DNA from: Lama guanicoe
Taxonomy: Eukaryota
Assembly (NCBI GenBank): GCA_013239625.1
Contig: MU053559.1
Span: 1,240,001 to 1,304,000, forward strand
Direction: 5' to 3'
Length of the DNA: 64,000 nt
The notes under the pieces are model-generated. The model was given only the letters and a program-made list of their open reading frames with translations, was not told where the DNA came from and did no database searches. Numbering within the stretch: position 1 is the stretch's first letter; each line of letters starts with the position of its first letter. The position numbers and the translations under genes were made by a program. Below are positions 1-25,640 of this stretch, piece after piece.

Positions 1-110
1 CGAGTGGGCATCTCTTCCTCCCCGCCCCAGACCCTGCCCCTGTAGCTCCCTGTCTCCCCACACCTAGAATCCACTGGCTCCCCAAGGCTGGCCCAGGAAG
101 GTGGTCTCAC

Positions 111-3100
111 CTGCAGCAGCTTGGTGAGGAGGTCAGCCCCGTCGCTGTCAAGTCTACCGCAAGGACAAGGGGACCTGTTTTAAATTGAGTTTGGGTACTN
201 NNNNNNNNNNNNNNNNNNNNNNNNNNNNNNNNNNNNNNNNNNNNNNNNNNNNNNNNNNNNNNNNNNNNNNNNNNNNNNNNNNNNNNNNNNNNNNNNNNNN
301 NNNNNNNNNNNNNNNNNNNNNNNNNNNNNNNNNNNNNNNNNNNNNNNNNNNNNNNTTACCCTAAGCATCTCACGGGGCCTCCCTGCACGAGGTCCCCACA
401 GCTCCTAGGGCTCGTGCCTCCTCACCCAAGATGCGGAAGATGAAGTGCAGCTGTTCCTCCACCGTGGAGCCCGGGAAGAGGGGCCGGCCTGTGGCCATCT
501 CATAGAAGATGCAGCCCACACCCCTGGGCAGGGAGGGCACAGTGGAGAGGGAGATGGTTGGCTGGTTGGCCACTGTGACCAAGCCACCCCTCTTCACCAC
601 ATGGCCTCTGCCACACTTCCACCTGTCCTCACCACATGTCAATCTGAGTGGAGTAGTCCGTGGACCCGAGCAGGATGTCGGGGGGCCGGTACCATAGCGT
701 TACCACCTCATTGGAGTAGGTCTTCGTTGGAATTGACTTGGCCCGGGCCAGGCCTGGTAGGTGGAGAGAAGGGGCAGCTGAAATTGAGGAGTCCTGGACA
801 GTCTCGGGGAGAATGCATTTGGGACTGAGGGCGTCCTAAGCCAAGCCTGGAGAGGCTGAAGGGGACGGAGGCTAGGTGGTCATGGGGAAGGGGAAAGCCA
901 GGAGTACCGAAGTCGGCCAGCTTGAGCNNNNNNNNNNNNNNNNNNNNNNNNNNNNNNNNNNNNNNNNNNNNNNNNNNNNNNNNNNNNNNNNNNNNNNNNN
1001 NNNNNNNNNNNNNNNNNNNNNNNNNNNNNNNNNNNNNNNNNNNNNNNNNNNNNNNNNNNTCAAAGAGTATTCAGCAGCCTGACCCCCAACAGGCACTGTT
1101 CCCCCTCCCAAACACCGGCACTGAGCCCAGAGCCTTGTCTCACAAAAGAGGACAGGGTCCCAATGCCCTCCAGGGGCTCCCAGCAAAAAAGCCAAACGGG
1201 AAAAGTCTGTTTCTGGGAGATTTGTGGGGTGCAATGGGTGAGCAGGGGGCCCCCTTGTGCCCCTGCTTCTTGCCCCACACCCACTTTCACATTGTGCATG
1301 TTGATGACGTTCCCACAGTCATCCAGGTACTGCTTCAGGTCCTTGTCCTGAAAGAAAAGCAGGTAGAGGAAAGGGGGTCACATCCTGTGGCTCCTGGCCA
1401 TCTCCCCACCTACCCCCCAGGACCCAAACCACCCAACCTTACCAGGTACTCAAAGACAAGGGTGAGCGACTTCTCTGTGTGGATAATGTCGTGTAGCGTG
1501 ACGATGTTGGCATGTTTGAGGTCCTTGAGCAGGGACACTGCACGAAGCATGGGGGTGGGACGAGAAAGAGTCAAGGCCCACCCTCAGGATAGAGGTGAGG
1601 AAGAGGACCAGATAGGGATGAGCCCGGGTTTCCTTCTTTCCCCATGCAGTTTGGGGTGGTGGCTCACAGCCACCAGCCCTAACACACCTGAGATCAGGAA
1701 GAAGGTGTGTACCCAAGTTCCAGATGTGGAAACTAAGGCTCAGAGAAGCGTATAGAGCAAGAACCTGGATTACTGCCTCAGGCTTATGTGATACTAGACT
1801 TTCACAACCAGTTTTTGGTTTCTGCAAAGGGGCTTTGCTCCAACCCTCAGTACATAGGCCTGCAGCTTCGTGTGAAAATGAGTTTGCACAGTGAATTTCT
1901 ATGCAATTCAGATTCATTCCATGTGATATTCTGACTAGAAACTATTGTGTCAAGTAAAGTGCTGAGCATTCTCAGGGGCATTCTCAGAACCAAAGCAAAC
2001 ACCCTGCTTTCCGATTCATCTACCTCTTCTCCACACAGGAAGGTTCCTGGTTACCCTGATTTATTATCTGGATATGTGGGTAATGGGCACTTTCTCATGA
2101 AGCCCAGAGCAACAGCAGGGCAGAAGCCTGGGGCAGANNNNNNNNNNNNNNNNNNNNNNNNNNNNNNNNNNNNNNNNNNNNNNNNNNNNNNNNNNNNNNN
2201 NNNNNNNNNNNNNNNNNNNNNNNNNNNNNNNNNNNNNNNNNNNNNNNNNNNNNNNNNNNNNNNNNNNNNNNNNNNNNNNNNNNNNGTGACAGGAGAGCAA
2301 CTATGGGGCTGCAGAGAGTTTCCAGTGACCCCCATCTCTACCATGGGCTCCCTGGCTGTCTCTCACCTCTCCCAGCTTGTCCAGCTTGATGTAGGTCTCC
2401 AGTTTCCCAAAGCCGATCTCAGACTGTGGGGTAAAGGAGGCAGATTGAAGCACGCTTAGCGGAAAGGACTTGGGGGCGGGGGAGGGGACAGGAACAGAAG
2501 ATGCTCACCAGGCTGACCCGGCGGAGGCGGCGGCTGAGGGGCTTGTCGAAGATGGGGCTATTGAGGGTCAACTTCTCAAGGTAGCCCTCGGGCAGCCGGA
2601 TGTCGGCTGGTAATGACAGGCGCTTGTTGATATCCTAGCAGGTTAAGATGGGGGACAAACAGGACCATAAGCTCCAACTTCCCAGGCCTGACCCTCTTTT
2701 TCCAGCCCCGCCACTGCTGGGACAGGGGGTTAAGCACCTCAGTGGAGATCTTGCGAGGGGGGTGGTTGCGCATGCGCACCCTCACTGGTGACTGCACCTC
2801 ATCCGAGGACGTGGCTGAAGCCTGGTCACTTTCCCCGTCAGACCCCATCTTCAAGTCCTCGTGTACAATCTCTGGTAGTGGGGACAGGGGGACGGCAGGC
2901 CAGGTGGGTTCAGGAGCCCAGGACAACCCCCCCCACCCCCACGTAACACATTCCCCTCATCACACACGTGTGCACACGGCCCCCAGAGCAGCCTGGAATC
3001 CCTCAGGGAGAGGGTGGGAAGGCCCAGGGAGGTTCACACGGGTCAAGACAGGTTGAATTGTTGAGGGGGGGCGGCAATAGTCACCTAGTGGAGCACCCCG

Positions 3101-3682
3101 TTTCAGCGGCGAGCTGAGACTGCAGCTGGCCCAAGGCCAGTGAGCAGGCAGCGGCAGAGGTAGCCAAATGCCCTGGGAAGGCAGGCCCAGGGCAGGCAGG
3201 CGCCAGGAGGCCTGAGGGGCCTGTCACAGAGCGCAGGAGAAGGGCAGAGGGAGGCTTGGGGCAGCTGCGGCAGGTGGGGCACCCTTCCTCCCAGAGGCCT
3301 GGGCACAATGCCAAGGAAAGGGGCACAGATGGACAACAGAGAGAAGGTGTTCGGAGAGGACGGCAGAGATAGGGGAGAAAACGGAGAAAGGAAAATGAAA
3401 ATAACGCAAGTCTAAGAAAAACTCAGCTGGAAGGCAGCACACCTAGGGACCAGTCTGGGAGCGGGAACAGTCAGTGGACCCACCTGGTGCAGAGCTGAGT
3501 GGGCCCCGCCCAGAGCGAGGTTCCCCAGGGGCAGCACGTGTGGGGGCCTCTCCAAGGTCACTGCCGCCGCCGCCACTCTCATCCAGGCCTATCTGTTCAG
3601 GGGCACCATTGGTCTTGTCTACACCTCGGCCCCCTCGGAGTGTCATTGACAGCTGCCGTTTGATCTTCTTCATCCGATCCAT
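111..3682 (-). CDS. CDK16: Cyclin-dependent kinase 16 (PCTAIRE-1), multi-exon CDS, 3' part outside window
   Basis: Exons read with GT-AG boundaries: 3484-3682 ([15 protein letters not shown]; acceptor boundary 3688), 2738-2871, 2509-2634, 2367-2423 ([19 protein letters not shown]), [PCTAIRE exon in gap 2138-2285], 1443-1537, 1285-1347, 908-gap (LKLADF), 633-753 ([25 protein letters not shown]), 426-523, [gap 200-356], 111-153 ([14 protein letters not shown]). Phases are consistent. Confidence 0.97.
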
Positions 3683-4489
3683 GGCGACCTGAGCAGGGGA
3701 GATGGATGGGAATGGGTCCCACATTAGCATTTGCCTGACCACCACGGGCCCCCTAAAACCTATGACAGCCCAGTGAGGCGCACAGCCATGAACATGTGTC
3801 AGTATCTGCCCAACCACCATGGAGCGCTGGAACCACTCAGGATTCCTGGAAACCTGCCATGGATGAGGACCTTTGTCAGTGCCTGCCACCTATGACAGCC
3901 AGCCCCTGGGGACCCTGCTCCTAAGTGGCTCACCTGGGTACTGCGGCTTGGGTGGCTGGCTGAGGGAAAGGGCCGAACTGATGAAGTGCTGGCCTCTATG
4001 GGAGCAGCCTCACTGTGGGAGCAGAGGGCTTCACAGCAGGTATTCTCGACTGCACTGGCACTGATGGACCCAGCCACCTGTCGGGCACGGGGCTTGCCCA
4101 GGACCTCAGGACCACTGACACGACCCCGGCCACGTCCAAAGGATGCCATGTTCCTCTGGCACCAGCCCCACATCACCCCCAACTACCAAGGCAGATCCCT
4201 CCCTGTGGCCACAAGAACTCTCCTGCTTCCCCCAGCAACCAACGTCAAGGTAACCAGTGTACTATCCCACTGGTTACTCAGGTGAGGGGGGGTTGGGGGC
4301 TGCCTAGACCCAACCACTGGGTGGGGTCGTGGGGGGGATCTTGATGCATACCAGCTATGCTGAGAGCTGCTGGAAAGGTTCAATCAGGTTGGGACCATAG
4401 GGTCCGACCCAGATTTTTACAAGCCCAGTCACATTTCTCCTCTATTTGGGAATATATCACATCTCCCTTATCATCCCAAATAAACATCT

Positions 4490-5006
4490 CAGTCTTTAAT
4501 ATGGCCCACAAGGTCTTACCGCATTCACCCCATTACCTCTCTGGTCTTACCTCCCCCTTGATCATTGCTAGTTGGTATTTTGCAACCACCCCAAAAGTTC
4601 CACCACAGGGTCTTTGCACTGGCTGTTCCCGATACCTAGAACACCCTTCCCCCATATTTCAAAATAGCTCGTCCCCTCCCTCACCCACTTCAGGCCACTG
4701 CTCAAATATAACCTTTTCCATAGATTACCCTCCATGAATAACCCTATTTAAAATCTCAATCATCCTAAGCTCCCTCACCTTGCCAATTATCCCCCCCCAG
4801 CACTTATCACCTCCTCAGAAATGACACCATCTACTTATTGGTTTCTTTATTCTTTACTGTCTGTCTCCTCACCGCCATAACTAGAAGATCAGCTCCGCCA
4901 GGGTAGATTTCTGTCTGTTTAGGTCACGGCTATATCCTGAGGACCTGGAACAGTGACTGACACAAAGTAGATGCTCAAAAAGTGCTTATGGTAGAAATTA
5001 ATGAAT
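4490..5006 (+). mobile_element. L2 fragment
   Basis: Ends ACCTGGAACAGTGACTGACACAAAGTAGATGCTCAA...AATGAATG. Confidence 0.65.
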
Positions 5007-6099
5007 GGGGTGGGGGGGCAAAGGAGGGCCTAGAAACCAATCTCTGTCAGGGTGAGGAGGGTGAGTCCCTGCTACTCATGAACAACCCCAGACAAGGTGG
5101 CCCAGGGACACTGGCATTGGCAAGATGACCTAGATGGGGCTGCTGGAGGGAATGGGGCCACCAAAAAGCTGAGGCCGGCCTTCTTCTGCTTCCTCCTGGG
5201 CTCTGGGCCAACAAGGAGGGGGAAAGACCTGGCCCAGGAACCATCTGGACTCACAGCAGGGCCTAAGATGGCCCTGGGCCCAAGGGAAGTGGAGCTAGAT
5301 AGGAGGTTGAGGATGAGGCTGGGGGTGGATTCGAGGAGAGAAGTGGGTCATCTGTCACCTTGAAATCAGGTGCTTACCCCAGTGGCTTCCAAACCCCGCT
5401 TCTGCCTGCCTGAACTCATCACCCCCAGGATGGGCAGAGGGGCCAGCCTAGCAGGAAGACCTCAGTAAAGAGGATGAAGTCTATCCAAAGAACCCAGGAT
5501 AACATTAACGAAAAAAATCCTGACCCAGGAGGCTGAACACTGAACATGAAGCTGAGGAAGGTGAAGTGTGGCCAGGCCCCAAAGACTGTCTTGTATCCGT
5601 ATGGCGCAGATATCCAGTCGCTTTGCCTGCTGGGGTAGGGAATGGGGGATCTGAGGCGGGGAGGAGGGTGGCTGTAAGTAGGGCTAGATGGAGGATGAGG
5701 AGGGAGCCAGAAGGAATCATGAGTCTATGACCGCTAAGTGGAAACCCCAAGGGTTTGGCATGTTCCAGAGTTCATTTTGGGGGGAATTTTAGGAAGATGG
5801 GGTACAAAATCTGTGTATCATACAACACCCCCAGCAGGGGGACCCTGTGAACAGAGACATTTGAACATCAATATGCAGTAAAACTTGTAAATATCATTTC
5901 CGTTTTCTGAGATTTTTAGACTTTCAGAATAGTGAAGGAGGGAGCAAGAAAACTGGATACACAACCCCTCTCAAAAAAGAGCACATGTCCTTCTTGACAC
6001 CCCCCACCCAGAGGACACACCCATCCTCAGAATACCCTCACATCCAAGTATACTCACCACCTCACATCACACCGACCACTGTGGACACAGTCATCACAC

Positions 6100-8010
6100 T
6101 CTACTAACTCCCATAGGGACACACCATCCTCATCCTGTCCAGAACCATCCCATAAGCACACACTGGCCTCTCACTGTGTCCTGCTTCCTTCAGTACACAC
6201 TGGACCCTCAAGAAGGCTTCTTTGCATCTTAACTGCCATCAGCACTGCAATTTCCCTATTTATCTCTAACCTCCATCAGCATACAAAGCCCCAGCAAAGC
6301 ACTGAACTCTGTTAGCACACAATTGGGCCCCTCTAAATTAACTCTTACCACCATACTCTTGGGCCCCTCGCAGGCCCAGGTGCTTGTTAGCTTCTCCACA
6401 GCACTCACTGTTCCCCCAACATGATTCCGACCCCTATTAACATGCACTTGGGACCCGCTACAGCTAACCCACATTAGCACTCACTGGACCTTCACACTGC
6501 CCTGAATCCCATTAACACAAAGTGCACCCTGCAGATTCCGATTCCTGACCTGTTTTGCCCACACTCGGACCCCTCCACAGCTAGGATCATCATTAACATG
6601 TATTCTGGTCCTCCCACTACCCTGTCCCCCTACCTCTCATCAGCACAAGCTGGACCTTCACTTCACCGTGACCCCTATTAGCACTCACTGGGCCTCACAC
6701 AGTGTCACCCCATTAGCACAGCCTGAACCTGGACTCGGCTCTATTCTCCAGGGACGCACAAACACACTGTTCTATAATGGCCTGACCCTCATTAGCACAC
6801 ACAGATCCTCATTCAGCCCGGAACCCCATTAGCCCACTCCAGCCCTCCATGGCTCTAATCCACTTTAGCACACCTAGATCTTCCCATAGTCCTGTCCTTT
6901 ATTTCTCTTCGCTTCAACTCCTCCACAGCTCTAAGCCCTGTTGGCTGACACTTGGATCCTTTCATAGCCCTGAGCGTCCCTATGGCACACTAGATCCCCT
7001 CCACAGTTCTACCCCCCATTAGCATTCCTGGGGACCTCAACACACCACAGGCCCCCACGGACACATGGGCACACACAGCCTTCATAATGTTCTGACGCTC
7101 ATTAGCATATTCCAGACCTCATACTGCTCTGATTCTCGCCCCCTCCCACCCCGGCACACATTTAAGCGCCTCCATGACTCTAAACCCACCTTAGCAGTCA
7201 TTAGAACTTCATCTGTTACCCTGCCCCTTCTTAGGGCATCCTAGAGTCTCTCAGATCCCCTGACCTCATGGACACACATACACACTGATCTCATACCATC
7301 TTGATCCTTAATACACTGACCCTTTTACAGTGCTAAGATACTTCCCTTGCCACCAACCACCACCCCACACACATAGCCACAATTCTGATACCCATTAGCA
7401 GAGGCTCAGGTCTTCCACCACTCTGCCCCCATTAGCTTACACTGGGCCTTAGACTACCCAGACCTTCATTACCATATGCACATATCCTCTATGGCTATGA
7501 CCGCCCCCATTAGCACCCTCTCAATACGGGAGTTTTTCCACTACCCTGCCCTCCATGAGCACACCCTGGACCCTCACACCCTGCAGTCCCTCATGGACAA
7601 ATGCACAGTAGTAACACCATCCTAACCCTCATTACCACAGTCAGGGCCTCAGAGCCCAGATCCTATGAGCACACCTTCTGGTACCTCTACCATCTCATCC
7701 CCCAGTGACACACACAGGGCCTCTCTACAGCTATAACCCCATTTGCATACCTCGTACTCCTCTGACGTCCTCTCCCCTGTTATACATCTCCTCGGGTCCC
7801 TCCATCGCCTTGCACCGCCCCTCTGTTAGCACACACTGGGCCTCAAAACCTCACACAGCGGTAAGACTTTTATTATTATCACATGATCGGACCCCTCCAC
7901 AGCTCAGGTCCCCATTAGCAAACCTCTAGTCTTTCACCACACGGCCACCTATCTCCACACCCTCTGGTCCTTCGATCACCCCGCTCCCCATTAGCACCCA
8001 CACTACTTCC
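6100..8010. repeat. Decayed ~37-39 bp minisatellite in CDK16 intron 1 (core CCCATTAGCACAC)
   Basis: Core variants at 6436, 6473, 6511, 6592, 6639, 6677, 6712, 6791, 6828, 6864, 7018, 7101, 7394, 7431, 7468, 7509, 7741, 7825, 7914 and 7990. Confidence 0.8.
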
Positions 8011-9520
8011 CATCTCCAGCTTCCAGACCGGGCCCAGGGCGGGGCCAAGGTCAGGGAGGCCCCGAATGACCCCCCGTCCCGGTGCATTCTGGGAAACTCG
8101 CCGCGGGAGGGGGCACATGCCAGCGGTGCAGCCCAGACCCCTGGGCACCGCCCGGGGTCTGGGTTGGTTCTGCAGAAGGAANNNNNNNNNNNNNNNNNNN
8201 NNNNNNNNNNNNNNNNNNNNNNNNNNNNNNNNNNNNNNNNNNNNNNNNNNNNNNNNNNNNNNNNNNNNNNNNNNNNNNNNNNNNNNNNNNNNNNNNNNNN
8301 NNNNNNNNNNNNNNNNNNNNNNNNNNNNNNNNNNNNNNNNNNNNNNNNNNNNNNNNNNNNNNNNNNNNNNNNNNNNNNNNNNNNNNNNNNNNNNNNNNNN
8401 NNNNNNNNNNNNNNNNNNNNNNNNNNNNNNNNNNNNNNNNNNNNNNNNNNNNNNNNNNNNNNNNNNNNNNNNNNNNNNNNNNNNNNNNNCCGGCTCGAAT
8501 CCGAGAGCTCACGGCGGCTCGCGGTTCAGAGCCGACTGCTCGCAGAGACGCGGCGGATCCCAGGGCCGAGCAGCCAATGGCCCAACCACTGCGCGCGCCG
8601 CGCTCCGCGCATGCGCACGCACGCGCTGGAAAGGGTGAAGTGGGAAGGAGGGGACTCACCTCGGACTGCATGTACCAAAAAACCCGTCCACAGCGGGAGG
8701 GGGCGCGGCCATTGCGCGCCCACTGGGGAATGTGGCGCTGGCCCTGGAACGGCGCCAGGGGGAAGTGTAGAGGTTGCTTAGTACTCAGTTCCGATCTTGC
8801 TAGAAGTTTGCTAGCGCCGAAGCGGGCAGCAGCCAGTGACAGCGTGTCAGTCACCAGTCGCTCCCCCTACTCAGTCTCACTTGGTACATCCCCATGATGG
8901 CAAACGGGACTTTTGCGAGGAAAAAGACAGTGAGGCACTCAGTCCTAGTTTCTTGAGGAGCCTCAAGAGGCAGCGGTTATAAAGGTTCGCGACAAGATGA
9001 TTTTTCTAGGAGAGGTGGCCTGGAGAATCATTGGCTTTTACCACCTTAGATAGGACAGAATCTAGCCCCTCCCAGCTGCTCCCCACTCCTCCCCGATCGC
9101 GAGCTCATTGCCACTGTGAACGTGTGCGGCCCCGCCCTTTGAGGTTGTTGCCCAGCCAATCGGATTTGCTCTCTGGGGTGAGGCAGAGCAAGAATGAAAG
9201 GCGAGGCCTGGCTGAAGAGGCGTGATTTCACTGTCCCGACCACGCCTCTGCCAGCTTTTCATTGGTTTTTACAGTAGAGGAGGCGGGTCCTCCTTTTTGT
9301 TCTGCACGCCTTTCTTACCATAGATCAAGTATCCCACAAGATGATTGGTCAAAAGACCATTCAATCGCGTTTCATCCCGCCTTTAACCCCTCCCATCTCC
9401 GTCAGAGAGGCTCACGGGGTGGAGCCTAGGCTGATGGGAAAGAACAGACCTTTAGAGGGGCGAGTGCATTACTGCGCATGCTTGGGACTTGGGGCTGGAA
9501 GGAGGCCTCTTTTCTGTCTC
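8000..9520 (-). promoter_or_regulatory. CDK16 CpG-island promoter
   Basis: CpG-dense region. NRF1 palindrome GCGCATGCGC at 8607-8616, CCAAT/ATTGG boxes (8574, ~9156, ~9261, ~9344), and GC boxes (~8037, ~9130). The main non-coding exon 1 probably lies in gap 8182-8489. Confidence 0.85.
8660..8671 (-). CDS. CDK16: Coding end of an alternative CDK16 first exon (MQSE), giving the [13 protein letters not shown]-terminus
   Basis: ATG CAG TCC GAG|GTGAGT has a consensus donor. It is in frame with the 6 nt (GTCGCC) preceding the main ATG in exon 2. It matches the MQSEIAMDRMKK human isoform as I recall it. Confidence 0.8.
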
Positions 9521-9959
9521 AGACGAGGATTTGCACTCCGAATTGGGTTTTCCTGCCACCCTTCCTGCCACCTCTTCTGGCCCGCCAGAGCCCCGTCCAT
9601 GGCTCCTCCCAACCCCTGGGCTTCTGCGGTTTTCCATTTTATTTATTGGGCGCCTGTTGTGTGTCAAGCACTGCCTGGCAGACCTAATCCCTCGCCCTTC
9701 TCTGCCTGGAAAACTCCTACACTATCACCAAGCCCAGTTCAAATGGCGGCAGCCTCTGGCAGGACTTCTAGAACATTTTTACACTGCACCCTAGTCCACA
9801 GTCAGCTTCCCCACCTCTCCTGGGCTTCCCTTTATGGCACCCTTGGTCATACCAGTTAGTTTTCAGTAAGGTTCGTACTAGCGAGGATTTAGGGGAGCAT
9901 GAGAGGAACGGAAATAATTTGACAAAGACAAAAGTCCACCACTGAAACGATAATCAGGT

Positions 9960-10445
9960 CCATCATTTCCCTGACTTCATCTCTTACTTTTCTCACTCCA
10001 CTCCAGCCGTGCTAGTATCCTAGTTGTTCCTGTATAAAGCAGGCACAATCCAGCCTCAGGGACTTTGCACTTGCTGCTCCCTTTTCCTGGAATGCTCTTC
10101 TTCCAGATATCCACAGGCCTCGCCCTCTTCTTCCAAGTCCTTGTTTCAGTGTCACCTTCTTCATGAAGTCTTCCCTGACTCCCATATTTTAAAATGCCTA
10201 CCTGCACCCCCATCATTCTGGACCTGGCTCTTTTGAATTGCACAGATGAACTTACAACACACAACTTACTTAGCGTGTCTACTGTCTATTCTGGGTCTCA
10301 CCCTAGGAAAACAAGCATGCGCGCACACATACACACGTGCACCCCACCTCGGGACAGGGGTCTTTTTTATCTGTTTCTGTCTCCAATGCCTACAGTAGTG
10401 CCCAGCACACAGTAAGCACTCAATAATGTTTACTGAATACTTGAT
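9960..10445 (+). mobile_element. L2 fragment
   Basis: CCTCAGGGACTTTGCACTTGCTG...GTGCCCAGCACACAGTAAGCACTCAATAA. Confidence 0.65.
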
Positions 10446-12281
10446 GACAAATAATTCTAGAAAGAGACAAGAAGAGACAACTTTATCCCACCCTTTCTTT
10501 CGTGTCTGCTGGGTGCAGAGAGCTCAGTGCGGTGACCCACCCCTGCCCACTGAGCCCTGGTCTCCCATCTTGCTGGTGTTCTAATAGTTGGCAAATGTGA
10601 CAGGGCCATAAAATGGCATGTGTGGGGAACTAAGATGCAACCAAGATTTACAGGGGTTTTGATGAGGAAGCTGTTCTTATACTTTCTGCGCATGAGGTAG
10701 CAAGGGGATACAGGGGCTGTGGTGGTGAAGGGACAGCAGTGTCTGGAGAATCAGGTGTAATGAGGGAGATACGGTGAACAAGGTCTAGAGTACCCATGAA
10801 GGCACTGGGACACTGGAGAAAGGAGGCAGAGGAATCAAGTTTGGGTGCAAGTGTCAGATGCTGTAACAGTGGGATCAGCAGACAGAAGTGTGGCGTATTT
10901 AGCATACTCTAAAGCAGTGATAATGGAAGAAGTAACTGTGGTAAGAAAACCTCTCCACTTGACCTAGACAGACAGCATCACCACTAAGTGGATGCCAGAG
11001 GTACAGCACTTCAGTCCCTAATGTCCTGGTGGGGAATGAAAGGAAATATGGAAGGATGAGGTCACCGAAGCACTACAGGCCAAGAGAAAAAGTCATGAGA
11101 GGGAGGTGGGCAAGGGCATATGCTGTACTTGGGGTCTGGAGCTGGCCCAGGAGGCAGCAGATGTGGGGACAGGCTGTAAAGGGTGTCAGGTCAGGGTCAG
11201 GCCAAGTTGTGCTATTCCCAATACCCAGGTTTGACTGAAGGAATGAGGGGTCTGTTTCTAAATGGAAGTTGGAATCTGGCTGGGTGAGGGACAGAAGTAT
11301 GAGTGGCATCCTCAGGCACCAGGTGTCCAGTCAGATTGGTGCTTTCAACTGTCTAGGGTGCTCAGCCAAAACCAAGGACGGAGTGTGGGCAGCTCTGCAG
11401 TGCTGGTGGGGCTCATGGTGAGCCTCCTACTGCCTGCTCGAACCAATCAACAACCCACAGCCAGCTCTTCTCGAAAGTAGGAGGCCTCACAACAGGCAAA
11501 CCAGGCCTGAAGGACAGGAAAGGGGCTTTTCCTCTACGGATGTTCTCAGCCAAATATTTTCATCAAAACTGCAAAGTATGCACAAACACTGGCATTCACA
11601 AACACTGGCATTCCTCAGTCCAGCAGAGCTGCTGAGTCCCCCCTGCAGCAGGGCAGTTGAACTAAGGGGACCACAGGCATTCTTGGCACTGGGAGCCACT
11701 ATGCTAAAGGCTTGTCCAGGGTCTGAGTGCTCTGACCCAGGTGGGAAGGGATCTTCCCCAAGGACATAAGCCACACTGACCAAGCCCTGACCGACTGGTT
11801 GCCCTAACTCTCCTCTTCACAGAAGGAGAGGACGAGGTCACCCAAGCAGCACAGGCCAAGAAAAAGTCATGAGAGGGAGGTGGGCAAGGGCATATGCTGT
11901 ATGCTTCACAGAGGTGGGGGATAAGGTTAGAGGACTTAAAGGACTTGCTCAAACACTATTCTCCACTACCTCTCAAAATCAACACGGCAGGGAGTTACGA
12001 GCTAGAGATGGGGAAGGCAGAATTTGAACCCCGCTCAAATGAAGTCACATGGACCTAGGTACCTGCTCTCTATGGCCTCACCGGTGCCGCCTTTCTCCCT
12101 AAGCAGGATCAGCAGGAGGAAGAAACGGCAGTTTCCACATTTTACATTTTCTCTGTCCAGGAAACTGGCAGGAAACTGGGATGAGGCGGAGCCCTTTGGG
12201 TTACCAACTGAACCAGAGAGCTCCAGGAAGTCCCTTCCTTCCCTGGGACAAGCAGGGTGTCCGTGTCTGGGTTAATAATTC

Positions 12282-12287
12282 TTTATT
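12282..12287 (-). terminator. UBA1 polyadenylation signal AATAAA
   Basis: TTTATT on the + strand, about 175 nt downstream of the stop codon. Confidence 0.85.
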
Positions 12288-12462
12288 AGGATTCAGGTTC
12301 CAAACAAGGTAGAAAGCAGCGGCAAGAGGGATTCAGGGAGGGAATGACGAGGGAACACCACGCTTGGCTAGCTGGGCCACTGCCAGAGGCCAAACGGGAG
12401 CCCTGGGCTGGAGAGGGGTCTGGAGAAGGGGCCTGGGGTCCGTCTACAGGAGAGGAGAGGGC

Positions 12463-25640
<13,178 letters not shown>

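Noticed and set aside
6100-8010. CRISPR-like repeat-spacer array
   Set aside because: Eukaryotic intron. The whole unit is homologous and degenerate, there are no cas genes, and it is a decayed minisatellite.
10457-10905. Short - strand ORFs as a processed pseudogene
   Set aside because: No recognisable parent protein, polyA tail or TSD.
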